Shown: positions 18,936-28,178, counted from the first letter of the stretch. The stretch: DNA of 64,000 bases from an uncultured virus (IMG/VR IMGVR_UViG_3300025133_000034) (IMGVR_UViG_3300025133_000034), one strand, 5' to 3'. Notes: generated by a model not told the origin, from the sequence alone. Translations and numbers: made by a program.

Positions 18936-19573
18936 TTATACACCGGATATATATCTCTTTTCCACAGGGACATTTTAGCCTTCTTAATCCCATACTTCTT
19001 AAGCAAATCTACAATCTTAAACCTAGCCATTGTATCGCTATAGTCAAGGTTTTTTAACTGATTATCGGTTAAAAATGACTCGCATAACAGGTCAAGGTAC
19101 CTCTGGTTACCATCGATACGCCGGGTCTTAAAAAGCTTAATAATATTAACAAAGTTGTCATCTGTGGTTATCTCGTCGAAGTCCAAGTCATAAAGGCCTT
19201 GGCAGTCGAACCAGTCGACAACGCGATAATAAATTAACTCTCGATCTAGCGAAAGACCTTCAACGTTTTCATCGTCATATAGATGTAATTTATCGTATCT
19301 TACTGTGTATATGTTACGATCCGTGAAAACCTTAAGAATTTTTTCTTCTGGGAATATTCTTATATTGTTCGACTTATCTGTAAATGGCACAAGAGCCATC
19401 TCATAGAGCTGATAAATCTTTTCAGCCCATTCTTGCTCGGCATCCTCGTATGAGTGATGATGAGGTGGCCGATTCTTAATTAGAAAGTACTTGTTGTCGC
19501 GAGCGAATCTAACAGCATCCAGATCAGCACCGATAACAACAGCTCCCCACTCATAATCAGCAGCCGCATCCAT
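18932..19573 (-). CDS. hypothetical protein with degenerate Rossmann-like start
   Basis: AVVIGADLDAVRFA resembles VVIGxGxxGxxxA; YDKLHL; overlaps both neighbours. Confidence 0.6.
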   Translation of the reverse strand: MDAAADYEWGAVVIGADLDAVRFARDNKYFLIKNRPPHHHSYEDAEQEWAEKIYQLYEMALVPFTDKSNNIRIFPEEKILKVFTDRNIYTVRYDKLHLYDDENVEGLSLDRELIYYRVVDWFDCQGLYDLDFDEITTDDNFVNIIKLFKTRRIDGNQRYLDLLCESFLTDNQLKNLDYSDTMARFKIVDLLKKYGIKKAKMSLWKRDIYPVYK

Positions 19574-20207
19574 CTTGACCTGCACAGTCTGCTGCTGTTT
19601 TTCTATCTTTTCTAATGTTCTTGTGCCACTTCTTCAACAGGCGATAATGTAGTGGCCTTTCTTTACATCGGCCGCCGGCTTTCGGAGCGCGGATGCCAGT
19701 CACCCATGCCGCCAACCAAATTTTAGCTTCGGTCTTGTACCTGCAAGTCCTCTTGACTTTGGGGATCTTTTTGACTATATGCTTCATCCAGGATGTGGCC
19801 GCCTGTACCGGGTTTGTCCTGTCAATACCAGGATAGATTCGCTCGTAAAAAGGCCATTGTTGTAGGAGGCCGATGGCCATTGGCTTTTTCTTGGATTTAC
19901 TAAATTTTCGATCGCCCTTGGCGCGCGGATTATAGCCCGATTCCATGCAGGCAGCTGCTAGGAGCATCCCACGCATCTCGGGGGGAGGATTAAAAGACTT
20001 TTCAACCTCGATTAGTTGAGAGATGATTTTCTCTTTCTCTTCAGTCATTTTGGCCCATGGGCAATTAAACAAAGCCTGGTCATGCAACTCACCATAAGTT
20101 ACAGCAGCAGTAATTTTATTTTGTATTGGCTTTACAAAACCCTTCGAGTCTGCTTGGCCGCTTGGTGCGTAGTTTAAAACTAGCAATAGCCCTAAAAGAT
20201 ATTTCAT
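19557..20207 (-). CDS. secreted lytic-transglycosylase (SLT/lysozyme-fold)-like protein
   Basis: Signal peptide; AAACMESGYNPRA (catalytic Glu) and AIGLLQ. Confidence 0.7.
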   Translation of the reverse strand: MKYLLGLLLVLNYAPSGQADSKGFVKPIQNKITAAVTYGELHDQALFNCPWAKMTEEKEKIISQLIEVEKSFNPPPEMRGMLLAAACMESGYNPRAKGDRKFSKSKKKPMAIGLLQQWPFYERIYPGIDRTNPVQAATSWMKHIVKKIPKVKRTCRYKTEAKIWLAAWVTGIRAPKAGGRCKERPLHYRLLKKWHKNIRKDRKTAADCAGQDGCGC

Positions 20208-20476
20208 TGTTCCTGCTCTGAGTAGAATCCTACTACATTATTTTCTGTTACTAAATAGTATGTTTTACCAGAAAAGGTAGCTTCTTCGATCATGTGAGTC
20301 GGTACCAAAATTTTCATATCAGATGTCAGCTGGGAAGCTGTATGCGGCTCTAAAATTTTAACCAGTTTAAAAGCGCTGGTATCGATATTAACGCTCTCCG
20401 GAACCAATACCCCAGAAATAGTTTTAGTTTCTTCTATCGGTTCCACTACCAAATATTTATTTAAGGGATATAACAC
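20204..20476 (-). CDS. groES: co-chaperonin GroES-like protein
   Basis: LYPLNKYLVVEP, KTISGVLVP mobile loop, GKTYYLVTENNVVG; 90 aa. Confidence 0.75.
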   Translation of the reverse strand: MLYPLNKYLVVEPIEETKTISGVLVPESVNIDTSAFKLVKILEPHTASQLTSDMKILVPTHMIEEATFSGKTYYLVTENNVVGFYSEQEQ

Positions 20477-20477
20477 A

Positions 20478-20726
20478 CTACGCTCCTGAGACCTTCTTGC
20501 TTAGTTTATCATAAAAATCAGCAAATTGATTAATATCATCGCCCTTGGCTAGCATACGGTAAGCGCGGACTGCTTGTCTCATTTCATCTTTTGAGAGCCA
20601 GCCATTTTGAGCATAATTTTTTCGAAGATCTCTTTTGTGCTCCTTATAGGGCTCCATCTCATCTTCAACGGCTTTGAGGGCCTTAATATACTCAACAACA
20701 TATTCTTCAGTAGTCAAATCGCTCAT
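20478..20726 (-). CDS. GapR/DUF2312 / T4 DsbA-like dsDNA-binding protein
   Basis: Helical pattern YIKALKAVEDE...KRDLRKNY..NG..KDEMRQAVR; AAGGAG RBS. Confidence 0.6.
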   Translation of the reverse strand: MSDLTTEEYVVEYIKALKAVEDEMEPYKEHKRDLRKNYAQNGWLSKDEMRQAVRAYRMLAKGDDINQFADFYDKLSKKVSGA

Positions 20727-20758
20727 TCTATACTCCTTATTCTAGACGGATCTATATT

Positions 20759-20795
20759 ACATCTTATAAAATAATAACAATTTATAAGATGTCAA
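20759..20795 (-). promoter_or_regulatory. promoter overlapped by a perfect 12-bp inverted repeat
   Basis: TTGACA-N16-TATTTT (20795-20768); ACATCTTATAAA-N10-TTTATAAGATGT. Confidence 0.55.
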
Positions 20796-22648
20796 ATTAT
20801 TTCACATGCACCACCTGAACAAGCTAATTCACCACTCAGGTTGGTATCGTCTTCGAATTCGATTACTTTAGTTAAATCAACTTCTTTCAATGCTTCCAAC
20901 AATACTTGGAACTTCTCCGGAGAGCAGTCCTCAAAGGGAGGCTGCTTATAAGCATGTTCGCTATATGGCAAGACAGAAAGGCCGTTGTAGTAGTCGCGGT
21001 TTTCCCACATCCACTCACCCACGTCGATCCATTCAGCATCTTTTATAGAGATTGTCGCAGAGACGTTATGAGTATTCTGGCCGCGAGTGTGGCCCGGGCG
21101 GATCCACCGCTCTGTCACACCTTTGATTCTCTTCAAAAGTTGCAGCGCGCTTTCAGTTCTAGTAATTGCACACTCTGGCGCTCTTTGTGGTACCTCAATA
21201 ACAGCTGTGTCATGTGGTCTAAAATATTCGTCTTCGACCAATTCAGGGTGGTGTATGGCTAGGTGTGTGTAGATAGCCTCGTTCTTACCAACTCTCATAC
21301 GACGAATGTAATAATTATTATGCCACGCATGTATACCACTTGATGTTCCTAGGGTCAGTGACGTGGTTCCAGCTGGCTTCACACACGTAGTTCTAGCGGC
21401 CGGCTTGATACCAATTTTTTTTGCAACTCGGCGGTTCTCTTTTTTAACAATCAGCGCTGCAGCTTTCATATCCAGCTCCAAAACCCTGCCAGAAGCAATA
21501 CCGGTCATAGAGACACCCACTAGAGCGTCCTTTTCCGTAGTCCTGCGCCAGACATCGCGTAAATAATGAAAATCGGTATACCCGGCTTGGAGCGTACCAA
21601 TAAATGCCGCAACTCTTGCACGATCTTCATAATCCTGCTGAGAATATAAATCTGAAGTATTTATCTCAGTTAAATTGCAAAACTGGTATGGACGCAGAGC
21701 AATCTCGCAGCACGGATTTGTCCCCCAGTCTTTATCGTTAGATAAATAAAACCCTGGCTCTCCAGAACCAGATTCCTTGACTCGCTCCCATATGTTCATA
21801 AAGAAATCGTGAGTTACGAGATGTCGCATGAGGACAACTGAATTATTGGCTCTTCCTCGCTGTGGATTTGTTTCCCACCAGTTTCCTGTCTTTGCGGCAA
21901 GCATCTCTTCATCTTCTGCGGAAAAAAGCGAAATAAGAGCAGCCCTGCGAATCCCCCCGGCAAGAACAGCATCAGCAATATAACAAATAATGTCGTGTAC
22001 TTCGATAGGCTCAAGCTTGTCTCCATTATCCTTTTCACCAAGGATACCCTGAATCTTAAGGAGACATTCCTTCAACGGCTGAGGGCCGGGAGCTTTGCCT
22101 CCGCTTGTAACTAGTCTGCTGCCCTTCGGACGGATATCAGAAAAGTCAAATTTTATTTTTGAGCCACCTTTGAAGTAAGATTGAATCAGTACTTTTACTG
22201 CGTCGGACCACCCTTCGATCGAATCCCCAACAAGAAATCTACGAGTTCTCTTTGAATTCGGCTTCTGAATTTCGGGGAGCTTATCAACATGATGCCTTTG
22301 GACAGAAAATCCAACGCCAGTGCCGCCGAGAAGGAGAAACATGCACTCAGAAAAAGAAGCGACATGATCGACAGGCATATAAGCACAGTTATATATCCGG
22401 TTAGGTGCCACTTCAATCGGCTTGCCGCCGAATTGCATGGATCGCATGGATGGTAAAACTTTTTTTTCATAGACGTAACTATATGCCTCTTCTATTTCAT
22501 CCCTTAAATTGGGATATTTCTTAAGATGCATATTTTTGTTTCTTGTTACCAGTTCATCCCATGTTTCTCTCCTTTCTAGGCCCGGAATATATCTGGAGTA
22601 CTTCATGTGCACGGTAATATCTGATAAAATTTTATTCTGCAGCTCCAC
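20792..22648 (-). CDS. nrdJ: class II (B12-dependent) ribonucleotide reductase
   Basis: YNCAY, GTNPCCEIAL, FCNLTE, TCVKPAGT, C-terminal ACSGGACEI; no small subunit gene adjacent. Confidence 0.92.
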   Translation of the reverse strand: MELQNKILSDITVHMKYSRYIPGLERRETWDELVTRNKNMHLKKYPNLRDEIEEAYSYVYEKKVLPSMRSMQFGGKPIEVAPNRIYNCAYMPVDHVASFSECMFLLLGGTGVGFSVQRHHVDKLPEIQKPNSKRTRRFLVGDSIEGWSDAVKVLIQSYFKGGSKIKFDFSDIRPKGSRLVTSGGKAPGPQPLKECLLKIQGILGEKDNGDKLEPIEVHDIICYIADAVLAGGIRRAALISLFSAEDEEMLAAKTGNWWETNPQRGRANNSVVLMRHLVTHDFFMNIWERVKESGSGEPGFYLSNDKDWGTNPCCEIALRPYQFCNLTEINTSDLYSQQDYEDRARVAAFIGTLQAGYTDFHYLRDVWRRTTEKDALVGVSMTGIASGRVLELDMKAAALIVKKENRRVAKKIGIKPAARTTCVKPAGTTSLTLGTSSGIHAWHNNYYIRRMRVGKNEAIYTHLAIHHPELVEDEYFRPHDTAVIEVPQRAPECAITRTESALQLLKRIKGVTERWIRPGHTRGQNTHNVSATISIKDAEWIDVGEWMWENRDYYNGLSVLPYSEHAYKQPPFEDCSPEKFQVLLEALKEVDLTKVIEFEDDTNLSGELACSGGACEII

Positions 22649-24029
22649 TGTTAATTCCTCCTGTTCGCATATATTTTTTTGCGTTTCTCTGTTGTATATA
22701 TTTTTCGCTAAGCGCAGCTGCTAAATCACCAGGCGCCATGACCGGTGAGATTGCTGGAGTGTCAACCTTGGCTAAAACTTTTATTTTAACATTGCTGGTA
22801 TCCATAAAAAGAGGAAACACCAGACCATCTGGACCATTCCTATTTTTTGCAATAAAAATTCTTCCAGTGTTCGCTGTTTTGTCTCTAATCGTCCTAGAGA
22901 TAGAACAAATAAAGTCTGACACAAAACATTTATTAAAGGCTTCTGAAATGGATTCCATAGTTACTATTTCTGCGTTCAATCCTGTTCGATTCGTTTGTGA
23001 TGCAGTCCAAACTGGACACTTGTATTCCTGAGCGATGGCGCGCAGGTTTTCATAAATAGATTCTAGTTCACTACGCTTCTCTTTATAATTTGTCACTGGC
23101 TTAAGTAAATCAGCGTAATCTACTAGAATCATATCGATTTTATGATTTCTTTTTTTTAATTTTTCCAAATGCGCTCTTATAGTATTGGTACTAGCTGTTT
23201 TCGTGGGGTACTCCTTGATAATTAAAGTCCCTTCTATATCTCCAATGGTTTCTAATACTTCATCTTTTTGGTGGAAAAGAGCATTTAAAGGTATACCACT
23301 GATGCAGCTATCGTATCTTTGTCCTGTCACCATCTCAGAAAGTTCTAAAGTATAATGCACAACGTTCTTGCCTAACTTGATTGCTTGAGATCCCAAATGA
23401 GCCAGGACCATCGACTTACCAGCTCCCGTGGGCGCTATAACCACGCCGAGTTCGCCGGTACCCAAGCCCTTGGACATTATAGAATCAATCTTCTCCCAGC
23501 CCGTAGAGACAGGGTTTCTAGCTTTGATCTCGTATCGCGCTTCAAAATCTTTCAAGAAATCATGACCAAAATTATTATCGGTCCCCAGCTTAAGAGCTGT
23601 GTCAATAACTTCGCGCACCTCATCGTACGAAGAGTTCTGAATCAAATCTACAGACTGCATCAATGCTTCTTTGAGTTTTTGCTTCTTGCAGAAATCTAAA
23701 CTTGTCTCTTTGATATATTGGCTGTCTTCGACACTCTTGATACAAATTCTAGCAAAATAGTCTCTTACCTGTTTTTGCATGGATTCGTTAAGGTTTTCTA
23801 ACTCCGTCCTCAGAATCGGGGCTAGGATCTTCTTGGTGGGGTGCACGCCATATTTTCTACGATAATCGTATATTTTTGACGCAAATACGCGAAGGTAACT
23901 CAACTCAAAGAATCGAGTATCAATTACCTCTTCAAGCTGGTCTGCGAATGGGCGGTCTTCAAGAATCATTTGGGCCAACGATTCTTGAAACTGCTTCCCA
24001 TATTTCGAGAAGCCAGGTTCTTTAGTCAT
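22632..24029 (-). CDS. replicative DnaB-like helicase (T4 gp41-like)
   Basis: Walker A APTGAGKS, YTLEL, IKEYPT, VDYADL, WTASQTNR, KNRNG. Confidence 0.93.
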   Translation of the reverse strand: MTKEPGFSKYGKQFQESLAQMILEDRPFADQLEEVIDTRFFELSYLRVFASKIYDYRRKYGVHPTKKILAPILRTELENLNESMQKQVRDYFARICIKSVEDSQYIKETSLDFCKKQKLKEALMQSVDLIQNSSYDEVREVIDTALKLGTDNNFGHDFLKDFEARYEIKARNPVSTGWEKIDSIMSKGLGTGELGVVIAPTGAGKSMVLAHLGSQAIKLGKNVVHYTLELSEMVTGQRYDSCISGIPLNALFHQKDEVLETIGDIEGTLIIKEYPTKTASTNTIRAHLEKLKKRNHKIDMILVDYADLLKPVTNYKEKRSELESIYENLRAIAQEYKCPVWTASQTNRTGLNAEIVTMESISEAFNKCFVSDFICSISRTIRDKTANTGRIFIAKNRNGPDGLVFPLFMDTSNVKIKVLAKVDTPAISPVMAPGDLAAALSEKYIQQRNAKKYMRTGGINSGAAE

Positions 24030-24063
24030 TATTGTTCTCCGATATTAATATTTTAGTTACAAT

Positions 24064-25038
24064 CTATCGATTGTCTATGGAGATTCTATTAAAATGCTGA
24101 AAGAGTTCAATGAAATTAATCTCTCCAAATCCGTCTTTCATCATCATTTTAATCAACCCTGTCTTGTTAAAAGAAAGATCTGGATTTTTAATAGTTTCAT
24201 GAATGGTCTTTTTTGCATCGATGCCCAAACTAGGAGCATAAAGCTGCATCATATGGTAGTTGCGCCTTAAAAGGTCTTCACTATCTAACACCTTCTGATA
24301 GGCCCTGACGTTAGTTTCCTGTGACATCTTCTTACAGTGCCCCAGGACATCTGAAAAGTTAGCCGGCTTTTCTTCCCTCAAAAAGGGAAATCTTTTAGCA
24401 ATAGTCTTGATACCTAGTCCTTCGATACCTTCTATGTTGTCCGATTTGTCTCCTTCCATTGCCCGGGCCATGGCAAAATTAGTTGGATGTATATCAAACT
24501 TCTCAAGAATTATGTTTTGATTGAGTACTTCTTTCTGCACCGGTCGGTATTGAACTGTTTTAGTACCTAAAAGCTGAAAGAAATCCTTGTCGCTAGAAAT
24601 AATAAGTTTTTCAGCCTTCTCCAACTCTTTTACCTGTGTTAAATAAGCAATGATGTCATCTGCCTCTGTACTCTTGAACATAAATTGTACGATTGGCACA
24701 TGGTTATAATATTCAATCAACCTGGCCTGCTGCCAAAACTTATTTTCTGTCTCTTGCGACTCCGACATGTTTCTAATAGCACGATTAAGCCTGATTGGTT
24801 TGCGGCCGGCCTTGTAGTCTTTTTTCATTAGCTTGCGCTTCTTCGAACCACCTTCGCCGTCCCAGCAGATGATAATCATATCTGGGTTAGACTCTCTACA
24901 AATTTTTTGTATGCTTTGGAAGCACCCCTTTAGACCCCCTATGGGAGACCCGTTAATAGATAAACTAGGGTTGACTATATAATTTCGAAAAAAAAGGTTC
25001 AACTGATCAATAATTATGATCCTTTTGCCTTCATACAT
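24064..25038 (-). CDS. 5'-3' exonuclease / FEN-like (T4 RNase H-like)
   Basis: IIIDQLN, YKAGR, EADDII, SSDKDF, GDKSDNIEGIEGLGIKT. Confidence 0.93.
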   Translation of the reverse strand: MYEGKRIIIIDQLNLFFRNYIVNPSLSINGSPIGGLKGCFQSIQKICRESNPDMIIICWDGEGGSKKRKLMKKDYKAGRKPIRLNRAIRNMSESQETENKFWQQARLIEYYNHVPIVQFMFKSTEADDIIAYLTQVKELEKAEKLIISSDKDFFQLLGTKTVQYRPVQKEVLNQNIILEKFDIHPTNFAMARAMEGDKSDNIEGIEGLGIKTIAKRFPFLREEKPANFSDVLGHCKKMSQETNVRAYQKVLDSEDLLRRNYHMMQLYAPSLGIDAKKTIHETIKNPDLSFNKTGLIKMMMKDGFGEINFIELFQHFNRISIDNR

Positions 25039-25039
25039 C

Positions 25040-25384
25040 TTATCTCCTTTTGGGTCGATATATTCTGCTAACTACTTGGCGCGCGTTCGTGGGTATAAAA
25101 GAGAATACACCATCAATCTTACGAGCGTCGATAGACATTTTTTCTAATTGTTGTTGGACGGTGGCCGATTGTCTAAAGAACTTTATTTTCAAAAGGGTTC
25201 TCTCTACATGGTCGCTGACCTTCTTGGCTGGCCCAATAATTGTAACGACTGTTATACCACACACACCACGTAAATTATCAGTAATAATAGTAATATTTTG
25301 GCTTCTATCAGACCTTAGGATGCATTCTGCTTCCCATAGAGTCTCGTCTAAGTATTCTTTTACTAGATCTTTTAATTTTTGCAT
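25040..25384 (-). CDS. hypothetical protein (late motif upstream)
   Basis: GGAGG RBS; ACTACTTA at 25404-25411. Confidence 0.7.
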   Translation of the reverse strand: MQKLKDLVKEYLDETLWEAECILRSDRSQNITIITDNLRGVCGITVVTIIGPAKKVSDHVERTLLKIKFFRQSATVQQQLEKMSIDARKIDGVFSFIPTNARQVVSRIYRPKRR

Positions 25385-25411
25385 AAATTAGCCTCCACCA
25401 TAATAAGTAGT

Positions 25412-25852
25412 TTACAATTTATACATTTCAATAGTGTTATCACCGGTAGTATAATATACTCTTTTAATGCCCACATGCTTAAGCGCTTCATGACACATAG
25501 CACATGGCTTGCTATTCCGGAATTGGCCTTGTTTGTTCACTCTACAGACATACACATCTGCACGTGCAGTGACGGATCTTGGCATGCCCAAGATACAACC
25601 AAGTTCTGCATGTATGGTGGCGGGGCCCCTGTCGGGATCACGGAATCTAGTACCAAAAGAACAAAACTTATCTTTGTTACAACATGTGTTAATAATTGAA
25701 CCGCCCTTAATTAAAAGGGCGCCATGGCGTATCTTTCCATATTCACTGTTGAACGCGACATTCCTTGCAAGATTAAAATATCTTTTAACCTTCTTGGTGG
25801 GATTAATATTCTTTCCCAAGTACGGCGTGTGGTTTTTAAATGTCCTTTCCAT
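25412..25852 (-). CDS. zinc-dependent cytidine/dCMP deaminase-family protein
   Basis: HGALL, HAE, SKPCAMC, GIKRVYY. Confidence 0.88.
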   Translation of the reverse strand: MERTFKNHTPYLGKNINPTKKVKRYFNLARNVAFNSEYGKIRHGALLIKGGSIINTCCNKDKFCSFGTRFRDPDRGPATIHAELGCILGMPRSVTARADVYVCRVNKQGQFRNSKPCAMCHEALKHVGIKRVYYTTGDNTIEMYKL

Positions 25853-25859
25853 CTCTATT

Positions 25860-25887
25860 AATGTAGAGACCGAACTCTAAAGGTAAA
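25860..25887 (-). promoter_or_regulatory. sigma70-like promoter of the deaminase
   Basis: TTTACC-N16-TACATT, 7 nt from the ATG. Confidence 0.5.
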
Positions 25888-27000
25888 CTATGGTTCTTGA
25901 TCAATGTCGTAGAATTCTTCTGCTTTGCCTTCTTTTCTATCAAAGCGCATGATGATTTCTTCGTCCATTATCTGAAGTACTCGATTCTTAAATTTTTCAC
26001 TTTGTAATTTTTCTTTCCATTTGGCTGCTTGAAATTTCTCGGACGTCCCGTCTTCGTATACAAGGTTGTACCAAGCGCCAGACTGTTTCACATTTTCAGA
26101 AACCTTAACTGCTTCGAGCCAACTTTCTTCATCTTGAATTCCGACGTCTCCTCCCCAAAGAATTTTAAATGTGCACTGACGTCCTTCTGTGCCGAAACGA
26201 CTTTTCTTTAGCGTTGCTTTCACTTCAGAACCAACTCTATATCCATTATCATCGACGATAAAAGATGCTTTGGCCTTACGCTTCGTTAACCAGACACGTA
26301 GTGAATATGCGTAATGCATCGCTTTTCCGCCAGGTGTAACATAGGGAGTAGTCATGGCTTCGGACGGGCTTCTAGTGATATTTGTCTTAAGTTGGTTCAA
26401 GACCAAAAAAGTTGATTTAGAAGCGGCGATGGGTACTGTTAGTTTGGACATACCTTTAGCTAAAATCCTGGGTTTAACAGCCATGGAAGATTGTGGATTA
26501 AAATCCCCCTCCACATCGCTCACGGAAGGTGTTAAAGCTAAAGAATCCCAGATGAACAACATCCTGTTATCATTTGAGCCTAGCAGTTCTTCAATAGTCT
26601 CTAAGACATATTCGACACTAGGAGGTTGCGTATATAAAATATTGTCGACATCACAACCAGCGCTAGCCAAAAAATGAGGATCAATAGCTGATTCGGAATC
26701 AAAATATACCACATCGATGCCCATCTTTTGGGCATTTGCGGCGACCTGGGCCGCCATGTAAGATTTGCCTGAGCCCTCAAGGCCGGCGATCTCTACAATT
26801 TTACCAACTGGGATCCCGGCTAATTGACCTTGACATATAATGCTATCAAGCCAACGCGAGCCGGTTGGAATCCAATCTTTTACCTGTGTCGGACTGTCTT
26901 TTGTTAGATCAAAAGCGACTTCCATGCCTGCTTTCTTATTGATGAGGCTTCTCATCTCACCAATACTTAATCTTCCCAGTTTCTTTGTTTTCTTTGCCAT
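25888..27000 (-). CDS. recA: RecA/UvsX recombinase
   Basis: IPTGS, GLEGSGKS, FDSE, IWDS, NQL, TPGGKA. Confidence 0.93.
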   Translation of the reverse strand: MAKKTKKLGRLSIGEMRSLINKKAGMEVAFDLTKDSPTQVKDWIPTGSRWLDSIICQGQLAGIPVGKIVEIAGLEGSGKSYMAAQVAANAQKMGIDVVYFDSESAIDPHFLASAGCDVDNILYTQPPSVEYVLETIEELLGSNDNRMLFIWDSLALTPSVSDVEGDFNPQSSMAVKPRILAKGMSKLTVPIAASKSTFLVLNQLKTNITRSPSEAMTTPYVTPGGKAMHYAYSLRVWLTKRKAKASFIVDDNGYRVGSEVKATLKKSRFGTEGRQCTFKILWGGDVGIQDEESWLEAVKVSENVKQSGAWYNLVYEDGTSEKFQAAKWKEKLQSEKFKNRVLQIMDEEIIMRFDRKEGKAEEFYDIDQEP

Positions 27001-27305
27001 TGTTCCTCTTTTAAACTTAATTCGTCTGTCAATGATTCATATATAGGTATTTCCATTGTTATGTCTGGATCTCTTACATTGTTATAATCAACGAGGGTGT
27101 GGTTTAAAAAGCGGCTCTGGCGAGCGTCGAAATGTGTTATTTTGTCTGCTAAAGGCAAGAGAATATTCTGTGTGGTTTTAAGAGACTCGTTAACTTCCCT
27201 AACAAGATTTACTGAATAAAGCCTTTTATTTTCTAGATAAGCACCTAACGACATTCCTGAAACAAATAAACCAACTGACATGGCTATTATTATAAAAACT
27301 TCCAT
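26967..27305 (-). CDS. N-terminally anchored membrane protein
   Basis: Hydrophobic N-terminus; ACTAGTTA 5 nt before the ATG. Confidence 0.6.
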   Translation of the reverse strand: MEVFIIIAMSVGLFVSGMSLGAYLENKRLYSVNLVREVNESLKTTQNILLPLADKITHFDARQSRFLNHTLVDYNNVRDPDITMEIPIYESLTDELSLKEEQWQRKQRNWED

Positions 27306-27376
27306 AATAATAACTAGTATTATAATCTGTAAATTGAGGCATCTGTAAACCCATGCCTCCCTGCGGTGGAGGAACT

Positions 27377-28114
27377 CTATCCTAGAAGCTCAGCAAAAGC
27401 TTTGTCCACGACCGAAGTCTCTGAATTATTATACTTGCTCGTCTCAGAAGAGACGCCCTCTGCATCCTCTCCACTAAGAAGGTGCTCGTCTAGCATAACC
27501 TGAACCTGCTGTGGGCTCTTTCGATCAAAGACATCATCAAAGCTAGGAATCTGATCCAAAAGCAGCGCAGTCTTCTCCTCATCCTTCGTCATGGGCGACG
27601 ATTTGCGACGAGGTGTAATGGTAGTCTGAGGGAACTGCGCGCCAGGGGGCTTACCATAATTAATGGTCAAATCAGTACCCTCGTTAACGTCAGTGATATC
27701 ACCATACTCAGGGTTAAGTACTAAATTCAACAGCTCCTTGTAGGCAGTCTTTCCAAAACCCCATAGTCGTACACCCTTTTCTTCTTCGCCGCGTACGAGA
27801 ACGGGCGCAAAGAAGCGCTGACGAGCAGATAGGTCCTTGGCCATCTTGATAGACTCATCCGAACCATCCTTATATAGCTGGCGCACAAAGTCATTTAGTG
27901 GGTCATCTTCACCAAAATTCTTCTTCGGACTCAAAAAGCCCGGATTTGAACCCAAATTATAGTGGAACCAATATTCCTTAAACGGGTCACCATCAGGAGT
28001 AGGAACAATACGAATTGTTTGTTCTCCATCTTCCGGGCGCCAAAAAACGCTCTGACCGCCGCGACTTTCCAAGGCGTCGCGCTTTGCCTTCATCTTTGCT
28101 AAATCAATACCCAT
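27377..28114 (-). CDS. single-stranded DNA-binding protein (T4 gp32-like)
   Basis: FWRP, IRIVP, LWGFGK, DITD..EGTDL, acidic tail ending AFAELLG; next to recA. Confidence 0.85.
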   Translation of the reverse strand: MGIDLAKMKAKRDALESRGGQSVFWRPEDGEQTIRIVPTPDGDPFKEYWFHYNLGSNPGFLSPKKNFGEDDPLNDFVRQLYKDGSDESIKMAKDLSARQRFFAPVLVRGEEEKGVRLWGFGKTAYKELLNLVLNPEYGDITDVNEGTDLTINYGKPPGAQFPQTTITPRRKSSPMTKDEEKTALLLDQIPSFDDVFDRKSPQQVQVMLDEHLLSGEDAEGVSSETSKYNNSETSVVDKAFAELLG

Positions 28115-28135
28115 TGTATTTCTCCTTTTTTGCTT

Positions 28136-28170
28136 TTAGCTATAGTACAGTCGGCTAATCTTCCGACCGT
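28136..28170 (-). promoter_or_regulatory. H-type RNA pseudoknot in the SSB leader (putative translational operator)
   Basis: S1 ACGGUCG/CGACUGU, L1 GAAGA, S2 UUAGC/GCUAA, L3 ACUAUA. Confidence 0.6.
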
Positions 28171-28178
28171 CTGATTAC

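Noticed and set aside
14404..24029. Inteins or introns in dnaE, nrdJ or the helicase
   Set aside because: Lengths are ordinary, and no splice-junction or homing endonuclease motifs were seen
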